Assembly: GCA_951406725.2 (NCBI GenBank)
Contig: OX597822.1
Coordinates: forward strand, 103,354,001 to 103,418,000
Source: Octopus vulgaris
Taxonomy: Eukaryota
Reading direction: 5' to 3'
Length of the DNA stretch: 64,000 nt
Shown: piece by piece, positions 12,023 to 24,178 of the stretch
Numbering within the stretch: the stretch's first letter is position 1
Layout of the letters: every line of letters starts with the position of its first letter
Program-made: the position numbers and the translations under genes
The notes under the pieces: model-generated
What the model saw: the letters and a program-made list of their open reading frames with translations, nothing else
Database searches by the model: none
What the model was told of the DNA's origin: nothing

Positions 12023-13598
12023 CGAGGTGGTATTAATAAGTTCCCGGACAAGTTCTGTAGCGCGCCAACAGATGGCAGAACACAGTTGTGTGCGCAGTGA
12101 GAGTTATCAGTGACCTTCATGAGGCAGTGTGTCGACTGACGTTGCTATTTTTATTTCGTAGTTGTGAAATTTATGTTTTTGTGATCACGTGTATGCAATT
12201 TTGCCAGGGACAAGGAATTGGAACAAAGAGCCAACCAGAAATTTTGCGCTAAACTTAGGAAGTCTGCTACAGAGAGACTTTTGTTTGTTTGTTGTTTGTT
12301 CCTTCTCGAGCCATCCCTGGCTCATAAAGCCCGGTTTCCCGGTTTCCTTGGCGTATAGGTTCCCCACCTGGACGGGATACCGGTCCATCGCAGGTGAGCT
12401 GCAAGGTGCAGGAGGAAAGAGTGAGAGAAAGTTGGGGTGAAAGAGACAGCAGAAGTTCGTCATTACCTTCTATCGGAGCCGGGTGGAGCTTAGGTGTTTT
12501 GCTCATAAACACACCCATCGCCCGGTTTAAGATTCGAACCCGCAATCCCTCAACCGCGAGACCGTTGCTCTAACCACTAGGCCATGTGCCTCCACTACAG
12601 AGACTTTGAACATACTTCGACAAAATTACAGCGACGAAACAATGGGTCGTACTCAATGTTTCGAGTGGCAGGGGCATTTCAAAAACAGAAGAACGTCCCT
12701 GGAAGACGATGAGCGATCTGGAAGACCTACGACAAGCGGCACGCCTGGAAATGTGGAGAACCTTCCTCAGATTGTGCATGAGGATTGTCGGAGGATAATC
12801 AACGACATTGCTGATGTTGTTCGCCCGTCGTATGGGTCGGTGCAGACAATCCTAACGTCTCTGCCAAGTTTGTCCCCCGCCTGCTGACCACCGAGAAGAA
12901 AGAACATCGCGTCGAAGTCTATCAAGATCTCCGTCAGCGTGCCACTGGTGACCCATTCTTCATGTCCACGATGTTGAGTTGTGTCCACGGATGCGACCCG
13001 GATACGAAGCAGCAGCCGTCGCAGTGTTAGAGACACGAAGAAGACACGATAGATCCGCAGCTCAATTAAGAGCCTGCTCACTGTTTTTTCCACACTTGCG
13101 GTATTGTACATCAAGAATTCGTCCCTCGGGGCCACACCCTCAATCGAGAATTCGACTGAGACATTCTGAAGCGTTTGAGGGAGGACATTTGGCGAAAGCG
13201 ACCGGATATGTGGAGCGCGAAGAAGTGGATTCTTCACAACGACAATGCGCCCTGTTACCGAGCTCTTCTCATCGTAAGTTTCTCGCCAAAAACTACATTG
13301 TATCGCTTGCGCATCCGCCCTATTCGGCAGATCTAGCACCCGTGGACTTCCATCTCTTCCGCAAGATGAAAATACAGCTCAAAGGTTGCCGTTTTAACAC
13401 CGTTGTCGAGATCCAGAGCAGGTCGCATAAGGTCCTCGACTCGTTTACGAAAACGACTTCCAGGCCGTATTCCAAAAGTGGCAGGGACACTGGGATAATC
13501 AACGACAGTGCTGATGTTGTTCGCAAGGTGACTATTTAGGTAAGTAAGTAATTTTTTATGAAACATAACTAGTCTGGGAACCTTTTGATATCACCTTG
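12023..13598 (+). mobile_element. Defective mariner transposon interrupted by a SINE
   Basis: Imperfect TIRs CGAGGTGGTATTAATAAGTTCCCGGACAAGTT / AACTAGTCTGGGAACCTTTTGATATCACCTTG followed by TA. Transposase motifs SLEDDERSGRP, WILHNDNAP and HPPYSADLAPVDFHLF are frameshifted. Confidence 0.9.
12280..12594 (-). mobile_element. tRNA-derived SINE inserted into the mariner
   Basis: Head GGAGGCACATGGCCTAGTGGTTAGAGC and B-box GGTTCGAATC. Flanked by a CTACAGAGA direct repeat. Confidence 0.8.
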
Positions 13599-13608
13599 TA
13601 TATATATG

Positions 13609-13682
<74 letters not shown>

Positions 13683-13747
13683 TGTGTGTGTGTGTCTATA
13701 TATGTATAAGCTTATATTAATATATGTATACATATGTATGTATTTAT

Positions 13748-13789
<42 letters not shown>

Positions 13790-14172
13790 CGTTTTGTATG
13801 GATGTGCACGTGTACATATTTGTGTATTTATATTTTATAAATTTACACATGCACGTGCGTTCTCAGATTGTAAAGGAACAAGTCAATCCATGGTGAACGC
13901 AGTTCCAGAGGTAATGCAAAGCTACCTTCCATGAGTTGTCTAATTATCCTGAAATCTCGAATAGACTTATATAACTTCGTGTGTTCCCATCCAAAATGGA
14001 GACGAGTGCCAGCGTTCCCATGTAGTAAGGTTGAAACATGTTGAGATTATTTCTGGCATGAAACCGTTGGTAGCCTTGTTACCCCCCCTCCAAATACTCC
14101 CAAACAAAACTTATCCATCAATGCGGTGTTGAGCACGCTGCACTGTTCAATATTAGAGTGTATGTATGTATG

Positions 14173-14233
<61 letters not shown>

Positions 14234-14498
14234 CGTTATTACTATTCTTGTTTTTTATTTCTAATTTTTGTTTCTTGTATTTCTATTCGTGTGGCATCCT
14301 GTCCTTGTTTCGTATACATTCGTTCCCCTTTCCAAGAAATCTAATGCTCGTAGCTTAGTTTTTCTTTGGGGCTGGCCGTATCGGAGCGATATCAGGATTA
14401 ATCAGCCGAAATTGCTAAGATGATCCGGTTCCCGACAGAGTCCCATTTTGTAATTTATATTTAATTTCTATACATATATATATATATATTTAATTTCT

Positions 14499-14572
<74 letters not shown>

Positions 14573-14677
14573 ATTTACATACATAAAGACAGACAAACAG
14601 ACTAACATTCAGCTACTTCAAAAAAGTTGAAAAGGCAAATATTTCGAAAGACTACGTTCGTCAGACAACATAATGTC

Positions 14678-14717
<40 letters not shown>

Positions 14718-16083
14718 GTATTGATGATAATAATTTTGCTCTTTGATATGTATTTTTCCCACCGTTCTCCTAATATCTGAAATGGAAGCTAAGGAAATAC
14801 TGAATAAAAAATTTAATAAAATTTTATAATAAATGATATTTTAAAGAACATTTTAGAGAATATGATTCGTTAAGCGAACAGTGCCATGGAGTAACTCTTT
14901 TAGACTGACAATAGCAAAGTGAAGTTATAAATTCCAGGCTCTGAGTATTCGTTAGTTTAAAAAAATCTTTAAAAATATATCTAAAATTAATAATTTTGCC
15001 GTTTGATCTGCGTTTTTCTCCACCGCTCTAAATTTTCTGAAGTATTTTAAATATATGATTTGAAGACTAAAAAAAAAAAAAAAACTAAAATAACAACGAA
15101 ACAAAACTAAGTATTTTAGAGAACATCTTAAAAATTACGATGAATTTTACAAACCTTAAATCTCTGAAGTGACTACGAAGTAAATGAACATATTTAAAGA
15201 ATATAATTACTTACATGAATATCGATTTTTCTGAAGTAATTTTAATAATAGTTAAATGAAATTACTACGTCGCACCTCTTATTAGTGTGCTACTTATTGG
15301 TTAGCACACTAACCTTTTCATAGGTTTTAACTGACAATTCTTATTATCTCCAAAATTAAATCCTTAATCCTCACCCTACCGTCTCACTTCGTTACTCTTT
15401 CTACACCTTCACACTTCTATTGATGTTTTATGACATCACCTTTCCCGAAACATTCCAAAATCAAATATATAACAAATAGAAATGGCAAAGTACAGATACT
15501 GATGAAAGTTTGGCAGCTTCATTGCAGATTCTGAACCATGGTGTTAGATGTGCGATCTGTGTTTGAATCCTTTCAAATATCGATTCAGCAATTTATATTG
15601 AAAAATACACAGAGTTTGTCTGAGGTGCGTTTATAGTAAGAGTGCATACGATATGAAAGTGTTCGTGCGTCATGCTGCTAAGTAAATGCTATAGTGATCA
15701 GACAGATACGTAGACATCTCTTCTGATTGGTTTTGGTATTTTAAAACTTTTCAATACTTCTTTCAGCATTTTCAACAATGCAATCTATTTAATCTGTCTG
15801 TCTGTTTGTCTGCTTGTCCATTCATCCATCTACTGAACAGAATATTTTCCTCGGATAAACCTATCCCCAATGTTGCTGCGTGTATGGTATTTTTTTTCAC
15901 AAGATCTATTTGTTGAAAGGTATATAACATTTTATCAGCTTCAAAGCATCCAAATTTTACTCTCGTAGCAACACATTTCCAACAAAATGTTAAGTACCTA
16001 TTTGGCTTCTTCACTAAATTCTTTTTCACTGAGTTTTGTAAACTTTCTGTTCTTTATGTAAAGCCTTGAAGTGACACAAAAGT

Positions 16084-16289
<206 letters not shown>

Positions 16290-16788
16290 TAATGTAAACA
16301 GCACATTGAAATGTTTCACCAAAAAGAATAATTTTAACTGTCACTAAATGTTACCAGGGTGTTAAAAAACACGTACATTGCTAGAAATAAGAGCTAAAAT
16401 GCTCCAATGCTGTAGTTAAGGCACATGAATAAAAACATATACACTTACAGGGACCATAATTGTCCGAAAAATACTGCTCGAGAATTTCGGCAATTTCGGC
16501 AATTTCCGTTGCCATCATCAGTCAAACCAGCTCGGTGTTCGGCTATTTCCGGACCTGTTTCTCTATTAGTATATATGTTTCGTCGCTCACATTAATGGAT
16601 GATATAGCGATTCGCTAATGTGTATACACAAGATTAATGTAAACATCAGGTTGCAATGTTTCACCGAAAAGGAGAATTATAATTGTCACTAAATGTGACT
16701 AAGGTATTCTTCGGATAATTAATTTGGATAACGAAAACATATATGCTAATACAGAAACAAATTCAGAAATAGCCGGACACTGAGCTAG

Positions 16789-16840
16789 CTTAACTGATGA
16801 CGGTAGCAAAAATTGCCAAAACTGACGGATCAGTCTTAAG
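16789..16840 (+). ncRNA. Type-I hammerhead ribozyme-like motif with G12>A substitution (mirror copy at 16936-16987 on the minus strand)
   Basis: CUUAA-CUGAUGA-C-GGUAG(loop)UUGCC-AAAAC-UGA(CGGA)UCA-GUC-UUAAG. Stems I and III are perfect with a GUC site, but GAAA reads AAAA. The paralogue at 16485-16530 (-) keeps GCCGAAA. Confidence 0.65.
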
Positions 16841-17111
16841 AATTCTCGGTCGATATTTTTCGGACAATTATGCCCCCTTGCTAGAAATAATACTAACAGG
16901 GAGCATAATTGTCCGAAAAATACCGACCGAGAATTCTTAAGACTGACCCGTCAGTTTTGGCAATTTTTGCTACCGTCATCAGTTAAGCTAGCTCAGTTTT
17001 CGGCTATTTCTGAATTTGTTTCTCTATTAGCATGTATGTGTCTTTAACACCCTAGTCACAATGTAGGTGTTTTTAACACCCTAGAGACAATTATGTATGT
17101 ATAAATATTTC

Positions 17112-17186
17112 AATTACCTGAAGATTGACTGTAACCATAACTCGAATTATTACGAATTGGACAGCCATGAAACGATCGTAGTGTTT
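17112..17186 (+). ncRNA. Minimal type-I hammerhead ribozyme-like motif
   Basis: AAUUAC-CUGAAGA-U-UGACUGU...ACAGCCA-U-GAAAC-GAUC-GUA-GUGUUU. Loop 3 is palindromic (GAUC). Same architecture as 6690-6794. Confidence 0.6.
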
Positions 17187-17829
17187 TACTCATTATCTTT
17201 TATTAAACTTTTAATATTTTGATATATATTTAAAATAATATAAATTAATTAATTTTTATGTATTGGCTTAAGTTTTTCATTGTTTGATTTGCCTAATAGT
17301 GGTTTTATCTCTAATTTAGTATAATTTTTCCACCTTGTTTCACATTTATGTGTTTACTCCGGTATATATATATATATATATGTATAAAAATATATATGTA
17401 TAAATATATATATATATATATAAAAATACAAAATGGGACAAGAACACAAAACATTCAAATAGACGACACTAAAAACGGACGGGTCATTCGAGGCCTCTAA
17501 TCTTCAGTCAAGAACCAGATCATCCTCGCAATTTCGGATCCAAGGATCAAGGTGTAGGAAGATAGTAAGCTTCGAGCAGTCTGCAGAAGGTATAAAAACA
17601 CCTTTCCGGAACAATGGTGGTTTATTGATGTAGAAGGTTGTAAATTACGGAGAGAGCCAAGACTATTGGAATTACGGAGAGAGTCAAGACTATTGAAAAG
17701 GTTGCAAGAAGCAACGAAAATTTTAGGAAAATAAAAATAAGGAATAAGTGGAAATTTTACCTGTGAGTGTGTTAAATTATAAAGCACAAAAGGAAAATGA
17801 CTTCCCAGACACAACAGTATATAAATATG

Positions 17830-17902
<73 letters not shown>

Positions 17903-18013
17903 TGACGGATACTGGAATATTATATGCGTTATACACACACTCATGCATATACATATACATATACATATATATATATATACGTTTGTATGTGTGTATATAT
18001 ATATATATATAAA

Positions 18014-18049
<36 letters not shown>

Positions 18050-18474
18050 TGTATGTATGTATGTATGTATCTATGTATGTATGTTTGTATGCATGTATCG
18101 AACCTGGAGCTGCGATTGTCTTCAGAATAAACAAAAGCAGTAGAAACGTTGTATTATATCACAGATTATATTTCCAATTTCATTTTATGGATATCGCTTT
18201 GCCTTACATAGATATATAAATTGTGCGATGTTATTGGTCTGTCTTCATTTACGTTTTGCAGTGAAGATGACATAATATTTGAGATATCGTATTTATAACA
18301 GAGAATGTCTCTGCCGTCGTTCCATAGTTAAGGAACTGTTGCTTTAATACGTTGTGTTTGTAGATCTTAGCAGGATAATACTATAGATAAAGGAATTAGT
18401 TACTTTATCTTTAGAAGATATTCGAGGTATATTTAATAACCAATGCATCTCATTCTTTCTAATGAAATTATCAT

Positions 18475-18480
18475 ATGCAG
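18475..18480 (+). CDS. Candidate first coding exon (Met-Gln) of the Ctr/SLC31 copper transporter
   Basis: ATG CAG|GTAAAG is a good phase-0 donor with in-frame stops just upstream. Joining it to 23146 gives MQSM, an MxxM Met motif. A possible acceptor TTTTGCAG lies at 18254-18261. An alternative start is the ATG at 23149. Confidence 0.4.
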
Positions 18481-18693
18481 GTAAAGTTTCTCAGCTCAGA
18501 ACTTACTGACTTCTTTCGTCTTAAAATTAGTACAAATAAGCTGTTTTTGGACATATCTCGATTGAAAGAAAAAACGAAACTAAAACAAACCAAAATAGTC
18601 AAATTTCCGCTTTGAAAAAATAAATTGTTTGTCAAATAATGGGCGATCTCCATCGCTCGACGATGTCAATTCAATTGTTTGATCGACTGAATT

Positions 18694-19070
18694 GTGGAAG
18701 CACTCCGTCGGTTACGACGACGAGGGTTCTGGTTGATCCGAACAGCCTGCTCGTGAAATTAACGTGTAAGTGGCTGAGCACTCCACAGACACGTGTACCC
18801 TTAACGTAGTTCTCGGGGATATTCAGCGTGAAACAGAGAGTGACAAGGCCGGCCCTTTGAAATACAGGTACAACAGAAACAGGAAGAAGAGTGAGAGAAA
18901 GTTGTGGTGAAAGAGTACAACAGGAATCACCACCATCCCCTGCCGGAGCCTCGTGGAGCTTTTAGGTGTTTTCGCTCAATAAACACTCACAACGCCCGGT
19001 CTGGGAATCGAAACCACGATCCTATGACCGCGAGTCCGCTGCCCTAACCACTGGGCCATTGCGCCTCCAC
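18694..19070 (-). mobile_element. tRNA-derived SINE, family B (GGAGGCGCAATGGCCCAGTGGTTAGGGCAGCGG head)
   Basis: Has A and B boxes and a 14-bp TSD, TGATCGACTGAATT, at 18680-18693 and 19071-19084. Confidence 0.9.
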
Positions 19071-19832
19071 TGATCGACTGAATTAGTTGCTCCTGTATCA
19101 ACGTGTAAGGAGCTACGCTTTTCACTGGTACTTGTACAGTTAACATTAGCCTCTGGAAGAATGGGGATACAGTGTGTAACAAGGTTAACTCTCTGAATTA
19201 TAATCCACCTAACAGGATTCTTTATAGTTTCCATAAACTTAATTTTAATCACACAGTAGGGGTGGGGTCTACTCGAATCTTCCCAAAATTCGCTCAAGAC
19301 GCTTCGTAGCGGGTCCGAACCTGAGAACTCATGTTTGCGAGCAAACACCTTAAGCATTCGGCTTTAGCGAAAACTTGGCATACCAGCAGAGTAAATCATA
19401 GACTCCATTCACACAATATACCCAGTTTCACTTAAAACAACATCAATCTGCTCGAGGCCATCGAAAATAACTGTTGCTTTAGATGCCACCTAGTGGCACT
19501 GAACCTGGGACGTCGAGGTTCCGAAGCGAGCTTCTTAACCATTCTTTGCGTACCACTAGAAAGAATGTAAAGTAAATACAAAATTCTAACATTGTTAATT
19601 AGATAGTTCCTCATATATTTTCATTAAGTCTTTAATGCTAAGCCTCTTCATTATCTTGCTTCGAATCACATGTAGCTTATGAAAGTCCAACATAACACGA
19701 ATCCCCATTGAAATTAGTTTGTAAATTTTAAAATAATCTCTATATTAATTAATTAATCATTCACATTTTAATAACTAGAAGCAAGATCATATCGCATAAA
19801 TTAATATCTCATTATTACACTTTCAATCATTT

Positions 19833-20234
19833 ACTCTCTTACTTGTTTCAGTCATTTGACTGCGGCCATGCTTGAGCACCGCCTTTAGTCGAGCAAATCG
19901 ACCCCAGGACTTTTCTTTGTAAGCCTAGTACTTATTCTATCGGAATCTTTTGCCGAACCGCTAAGTTACGGGGACGTAAACACACCAGCATCGGTTGTCA
20001 AGCGATGTTGGAGGACAAACACAGACACACAAACATATACACATACATACATTTATATATACATATATACGACGGACTTCTTTCATTTTCCGTCTGCCAA
20101 ATCCACTCACAAGGCTTTGGTCGGTCCAAGGCTATAGTAGAGGACACTTGCCCCAAGTATCACGCAGTGGGACTGAACCCCGAACCATGTGGTTGGTAAG
20201 CAAGCTACTTACCACACAGCCACTCCTGTGCCTA
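19833..20234 (-). mobile_element. tRNA-derived SINE, family D (AGGAGTGGCTGTGTGGTAAG head, internal CA/TA tract)
   Basis: Has B-box GGTTCAGTCCC and a TGGG(G)CAAGTG core. Copies lie at 29822-30122, 35633-36030, 49345-49752 and 57836-58248. Confidence 0.85.
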
Positions 20235-20496
20235 TTGTATAAAAATAACTGACTTATATCGAACCGATGTGTCAAATATTTGCATTCGTTACCGACATCT
20301 TGATTTTACAATACTCGAACTCTTACCGGCCTAGCTCAGCCATAAATAGACACTGTTTACTGTCCATGGTCGCTATCAGAAAGGAGCCACCGTACTTTCA
20401 GTCAATCTGCTAGAAACAGCAACTAAACCTCCTTCAAATTACCCCTTACTGTCTTAAAACTCAAAGGATAGATTAGATAATGTAGCCAATGTTACC

Positions 20497-20728
20497 TATT
20501 TCTTTATTACCCACAAGGGGCTAAACACAGAACGGACAAACAAGGACCGACATAGGTATTAAGTCGATTACATCGACCCCAGTGTGTAACTGGTACTTAA
20601 TTTATCGACCCCGAAAGGATGAAAGGCAAAGTCGACCTCGGCGGAATTTGAACTCACAACGTAACGCAGACGAAATACCGCTTAGCATTTCGCCCGGCGT
20701 GCTAACGTTTCTGCCAGCTCGCCGCCTT
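20497..20728 (-). mobile_element. SINE family A, full length
   Basis: 16-bp TSD TGTAGCCAATGTTACC at 20481-20496 and 20729-20744. Confidence 0.9.
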
Positions 20729-21321
20729 TGTAGCCAATGTTACCACTAAGAAGACTGGAATGTCACGGTTGGAATGCCTTTGACTATAGGTCTGTTTGAT
20801 TAAGATTGACCTGGCGCTAAAGAAGAAGAACAAGAAATATAGTTTAAATGGCATCCCACAAAAACAACGAAAAACACACAAACAAAACAAAACAAAAATA
20901 GCCACTCAACAGAACACCTACATCACTCACATGATTTGCATTCACTCTCCTCCTTTTTTTCTCCAACTGTTGAATCAACCTCTGCAACTTTTAGTTAAAT
21001 AATTATATATTCCCCACCCGCCTTAAACCTCAACCTGATATCTATTATGCGAATATTCACCTAGGTCCTAGATGAAACAGTTATGTTTACGTCATTTTCT
21101 TTTTTTTTTCTTTTTCACTTATTTGTTTCAGTCATTGGACTGCGGTCACGCTACGACACCCAACTGAAGTGTTTAGTAAAACAAATTGTCCGGCACTTAT
21201 TCTATCGATCTCTTTTGCTCTTTTGCCAAACCGCTCAGTCATGGTTGTCAAGTGTTCGGTGGGGTGCTGTTGCAAACGCAAGCGCAAACGTATATACACG
21301 CACACACCACTCACTTTATGA

Positions 21322-21660
21322 AGGCGCGTGGCTCAGTGGTTAGAGCGTCGAGCTTACGATCGTGAGGTTGTGAGCTCGAATCCCGGACCGGGCTGCGTGT
21401 TGTGTTCTTGAGCAAGACACTTTATCTCACGTTGCTCCAGTTCACTCAGCTGTAGAAATGAGTTGCGACGTCACAGGTGCCAAGCTGTATCGGCCCCTTT
21501 GCCTTTCCCTTGGACAACATCGGTGACGTGGAGAGGGGAGGCCGGTATGCATGGGCGACTGCTGGTCTTCCATAAAAAACAACCTTGCCCAGACTTGCGC
21601 CTCAGAGGGTAACTCTCTAGGTGCAAACCCATGGGCAGTGTCTGACCGAAGGGGGTCACA
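21322..21660 (+). mobile_element. tRNA-derived SINE (GGCGCGTGGCTCAGTGGTTAGAGCG head)
   Basis: Has A-box TGGCTCAGTGG, B-box GAGCTCGAATCCC and a TGTTCTTGAGCAAGACACTT core. A related head lies at 34361. Confidence 0.75.
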
Positions 21661-22061
21661 CACTCACAAGGTTTTGGTCGGCTCGGGGCCCTTGCTCAAG
21701 GTGTCGCACAGTAGGGCTGAACCCGAAACCACGTGGTTGCGCAAGCAAGATTTATAACCGCACTGTCATGGCTTTGCCTACAAAACATTTACTTGCAGAA
21801 TCCAGGCACCGATCCCAGTTCTGCTTGGCATGCTAATGGAACGCTGCGAAATTTTCTCACCGTGCCCACCGTTTTCGAATAGGCATCAATATCCGTTTTT
21901 ACCACTTTGTGAAATTTGAGCATTGATCGTGACTTTATTTACAGAACCTCTGAAACTGGTGGGAGAGGAAGTTATTCTCAAACTAGACATCCGACGAAAA
22001 TGTTTGCAGGCTGAGGGGAACCATAAAAGGCATTCGAGAATCAGGTGGTGGTGCTAAATCA

Positions 22062-22134
22062 GCCTCCATAGCTCAGAGGTTAGAGCACTGGTCTTGTAAA
22101 CCAGGGGTCGTGAGTTCAAGTCTCACTGGGGGCT
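22062..22134 (+). tRNA. tRNA-Thr (anticodon TGT)
   Basis: 73-nt cloverleaf with acceptor GCCTCCA/TGGGGGC, D-arm GCTC/GAGC, anticodon arm CTGGT-CT TGT AA-ACCAG, T-arm GTGAG-TTCAAGT-CTCAC and discriminator T. No encoded CCA. Confidence 0.93.
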
Positions 22135-22147
22135 TCATGAAGGATTC

Positions 22148-22152
22148 TTTTT
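22148..22152 (+). terminator. Pol III T5 terminator of tRNA-Thr
   Basis: TTTTT 13 nt downstream of the discriminator base. Confidence 0.6.
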
Positions 22153-22154
22153 AA

Positions 22155-22385
22155 GGCGGCGAGCTAGCAGAAACGTTAGGACGTCGGGCGAAATGCTTAG
22201 CAGTATTTTGTCTGCCGTTACGTTGTGAGTTCAAATTCCGCCGAGGTCGACTTTACCTTTCATCCTTTCGGGGTCGATAAATTAAGTACCAGTTACGCAC
22301 TGGTGTCGATGTAATCGACTTATTACCTATGTCTGTCCTTGTTTGTCCCCTCTATGTTTAGCCCCTTGTGGGTAATAAAGAAATA
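22155..22385 (+). mobile_element. SINE family A directly downstream of tRNA-Thr
   Basis: Full head-to-tail copy ending GTAATAAAGAAATA, followed by GCTAAATCAG, which also precedes the tRNA. Confidence 0.9.
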
Positions 22386-22570
22386 GCTAAATCAGGTGAA
22401 GGATTATGTCTGCCGCTCAAAAATTGCTCAAACTGATCATCGACCTCATTAATTATTAGTTTCAGTGGGAACAGCTCCTTCCTTCTGTTTTTCCATAAAA
22501 AATAGAAATAAAAAAAAAACATTACATACTTTCTGTTGGCAGTATATAAATTTCAGTATATATTTTATGT

Positions 22571-22862
22571 GTGGAGGCGCAATAGCTCAGTTGTTAGGGC
22601 AGCGGACTCGCGGTCGGAGGATCGCGGTTTCGATTCCCAGACTGTGCGTCGTGTGTGTTTACGGAGCAAAAACACCTAAAGTTCCACGAGGCTCTGGCGG
22701 GGTGGTGGTGGCGACCCCTGCTGTACTCTTTCGCCCCCAACTTTCACTCTCTCTTCCTGTTTCTTGAGTAACGCTGCGACGGACTGGCGTCCCGTCCAGC
22801 TGGGGGAAAATACATACGCCACAGAAACCGGGAAATCGGGCCCCTGAACCTGGCTAAGCTTG
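22571..22862 (+). mobile_element. SINE family B head with alternative 3' tail
   Basis: Same tRNA-like head as 18694-19070 but ending ...CGCCACAGAAACCGGGAAATCGGGCCC. Also at 34615-34915. Confidence 0.8.
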
Positions 22863-23145
22863 ATAATATGTTTTATGTACAACATTGTGATTCAGAATAA
22901 TTAAATGTGAGATAATATATAGGCCTAGCTTTGAGGGAATGCATAAAAATATAAACATATTGCTCCTATGTTTTTGAATAAATTTATTGACATAGTACAA
23001 ATGAAGTCACTTAATATGTTTCATACTCTATCGGCGGAACAAGGAAGGAGATTTTTTGAATTGCCTTCATTGATACAAATAAAAATCCTTTATATACTTC
23101 ATTTCTATATTTTACATTTTATAATAAATCATATTTTGATTTTAG

Positions 23146-23215
23146 AGTATGATTTTGGCGATTCGGACCCCAACAAGTCTAATATTTTCTGAATGGTGCA
23201 TGTCTACTCTACACG
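23146..23215 (+). CDS. Ctr/SLC31 copper transporter, coding exon (N-terminal ectodomain)
   Basis: TTTTAG|AGT ATG...CAC G|GTATGT encodes SMILAIRTPTSLIFSEWCMSTLHG, matching the Ctr M.......LLF..W......G signature. Its phase-1 donor fits the next exon. Confidence 0.8.
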
Positions 23216-23433
23216 GTATGTATAAACATATTTTCTTGTAGTTCATTTATATCTAGATTATTATTGTAATTATTGTCGTTGCTTAGCCCCTGGTCGACTT
23301 TAGTGGAACGCTTCTATGATCAAACGAAATTCAGTCATGAGTACCTGGTCTTTTTTGAGGCATAGTATATCTAAGACTACATTATCAAACGTCCTTCTAT
23401 TTTTTCAAAACAGATGGTTGTAATACGAAGAAA

Positions 23434-23883
23434 GGATCTTTTCGGTTTGATCGGCAGTTCTTAAAAATAATTTCCACGTAGCTAAACCCTTTTAAACTTC
23501 GTATACTGGTAGAATGTGTTTATAAAACATCTTTTTCTCTTGGCTTTATTGAGAAAATTCTATAGTTTATAAGATATTTGTTGTTCTTTTTTCTTCAATT
23601 TCTGAAACTTCAACCAATCAATGATGTCTATTGAGGTGAAAACATTCTGTGCCGTATGAATATGTCCCTCGTCTAAGAAACAGATTGGGTTTATTTACAT
23701 TTCTGAAGAAAAAAGATACCCTTCCCCCCACCCCTAGCCCTAACCCTAACCCTAACTAACCCTAACTCTAACCCTAACCCTAAAACAGATTGAACTGTAA
23801 TAGATCGATACTAGGGTCATAATTATGGGTGACAATTTCATATGACACCGCAAGGAAAAACTGCCGTTCAAACCGAAAAATCC
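23434..23883. mobile_element. TIR-bounded non-autonomous element containing (CCCTAA)n
   Basis: TIRs GGATCTTTTCGGTTTGATCGGCAGTT / AACTGCCGTTCAAACCGAAAAATCC. Telomere-like hexamers at ~23732-23783. Confidence 0.75.
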
Positions 23884-24178
23884 CAAAGAAAATTCGTTGC
23901 TATTTCTGGCAAAGCAAATGAACATAGGGTATTCTTCTGAAAAGTGAAATTAATTTGATTGTATTGAAAGCAAAAGTTTTGCCAATTTTATGGTTTAAAC
24001 AAAATAATTAATTAAAACTCTAGTGGGTCAATTCTTAAAAAAATGTTTTAAGTTTTCTCCCTTGGCTTCGTTGGCTTAGTTAACCTGTTCAACAATGATT
24101 ACCTCAACACGATATAGGTATGGTATTGATAAATTAAAGTTATCGCGCTTCGCACATTTATCAGCCTTTAATCCACCA

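Larger units (their letters stand above)
16300..17335. mobile_element. Composite fold-back repeat (Penelope-like pLTR derivative) with ~140-bp inverted arms at 16740-16876 / 16900-17036
   Basis: The two inverted arms are near-perfect and a third diverged copy lies at 16430-16580. The region holds four hammerhead-like motifs. Confidence 0.7.
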
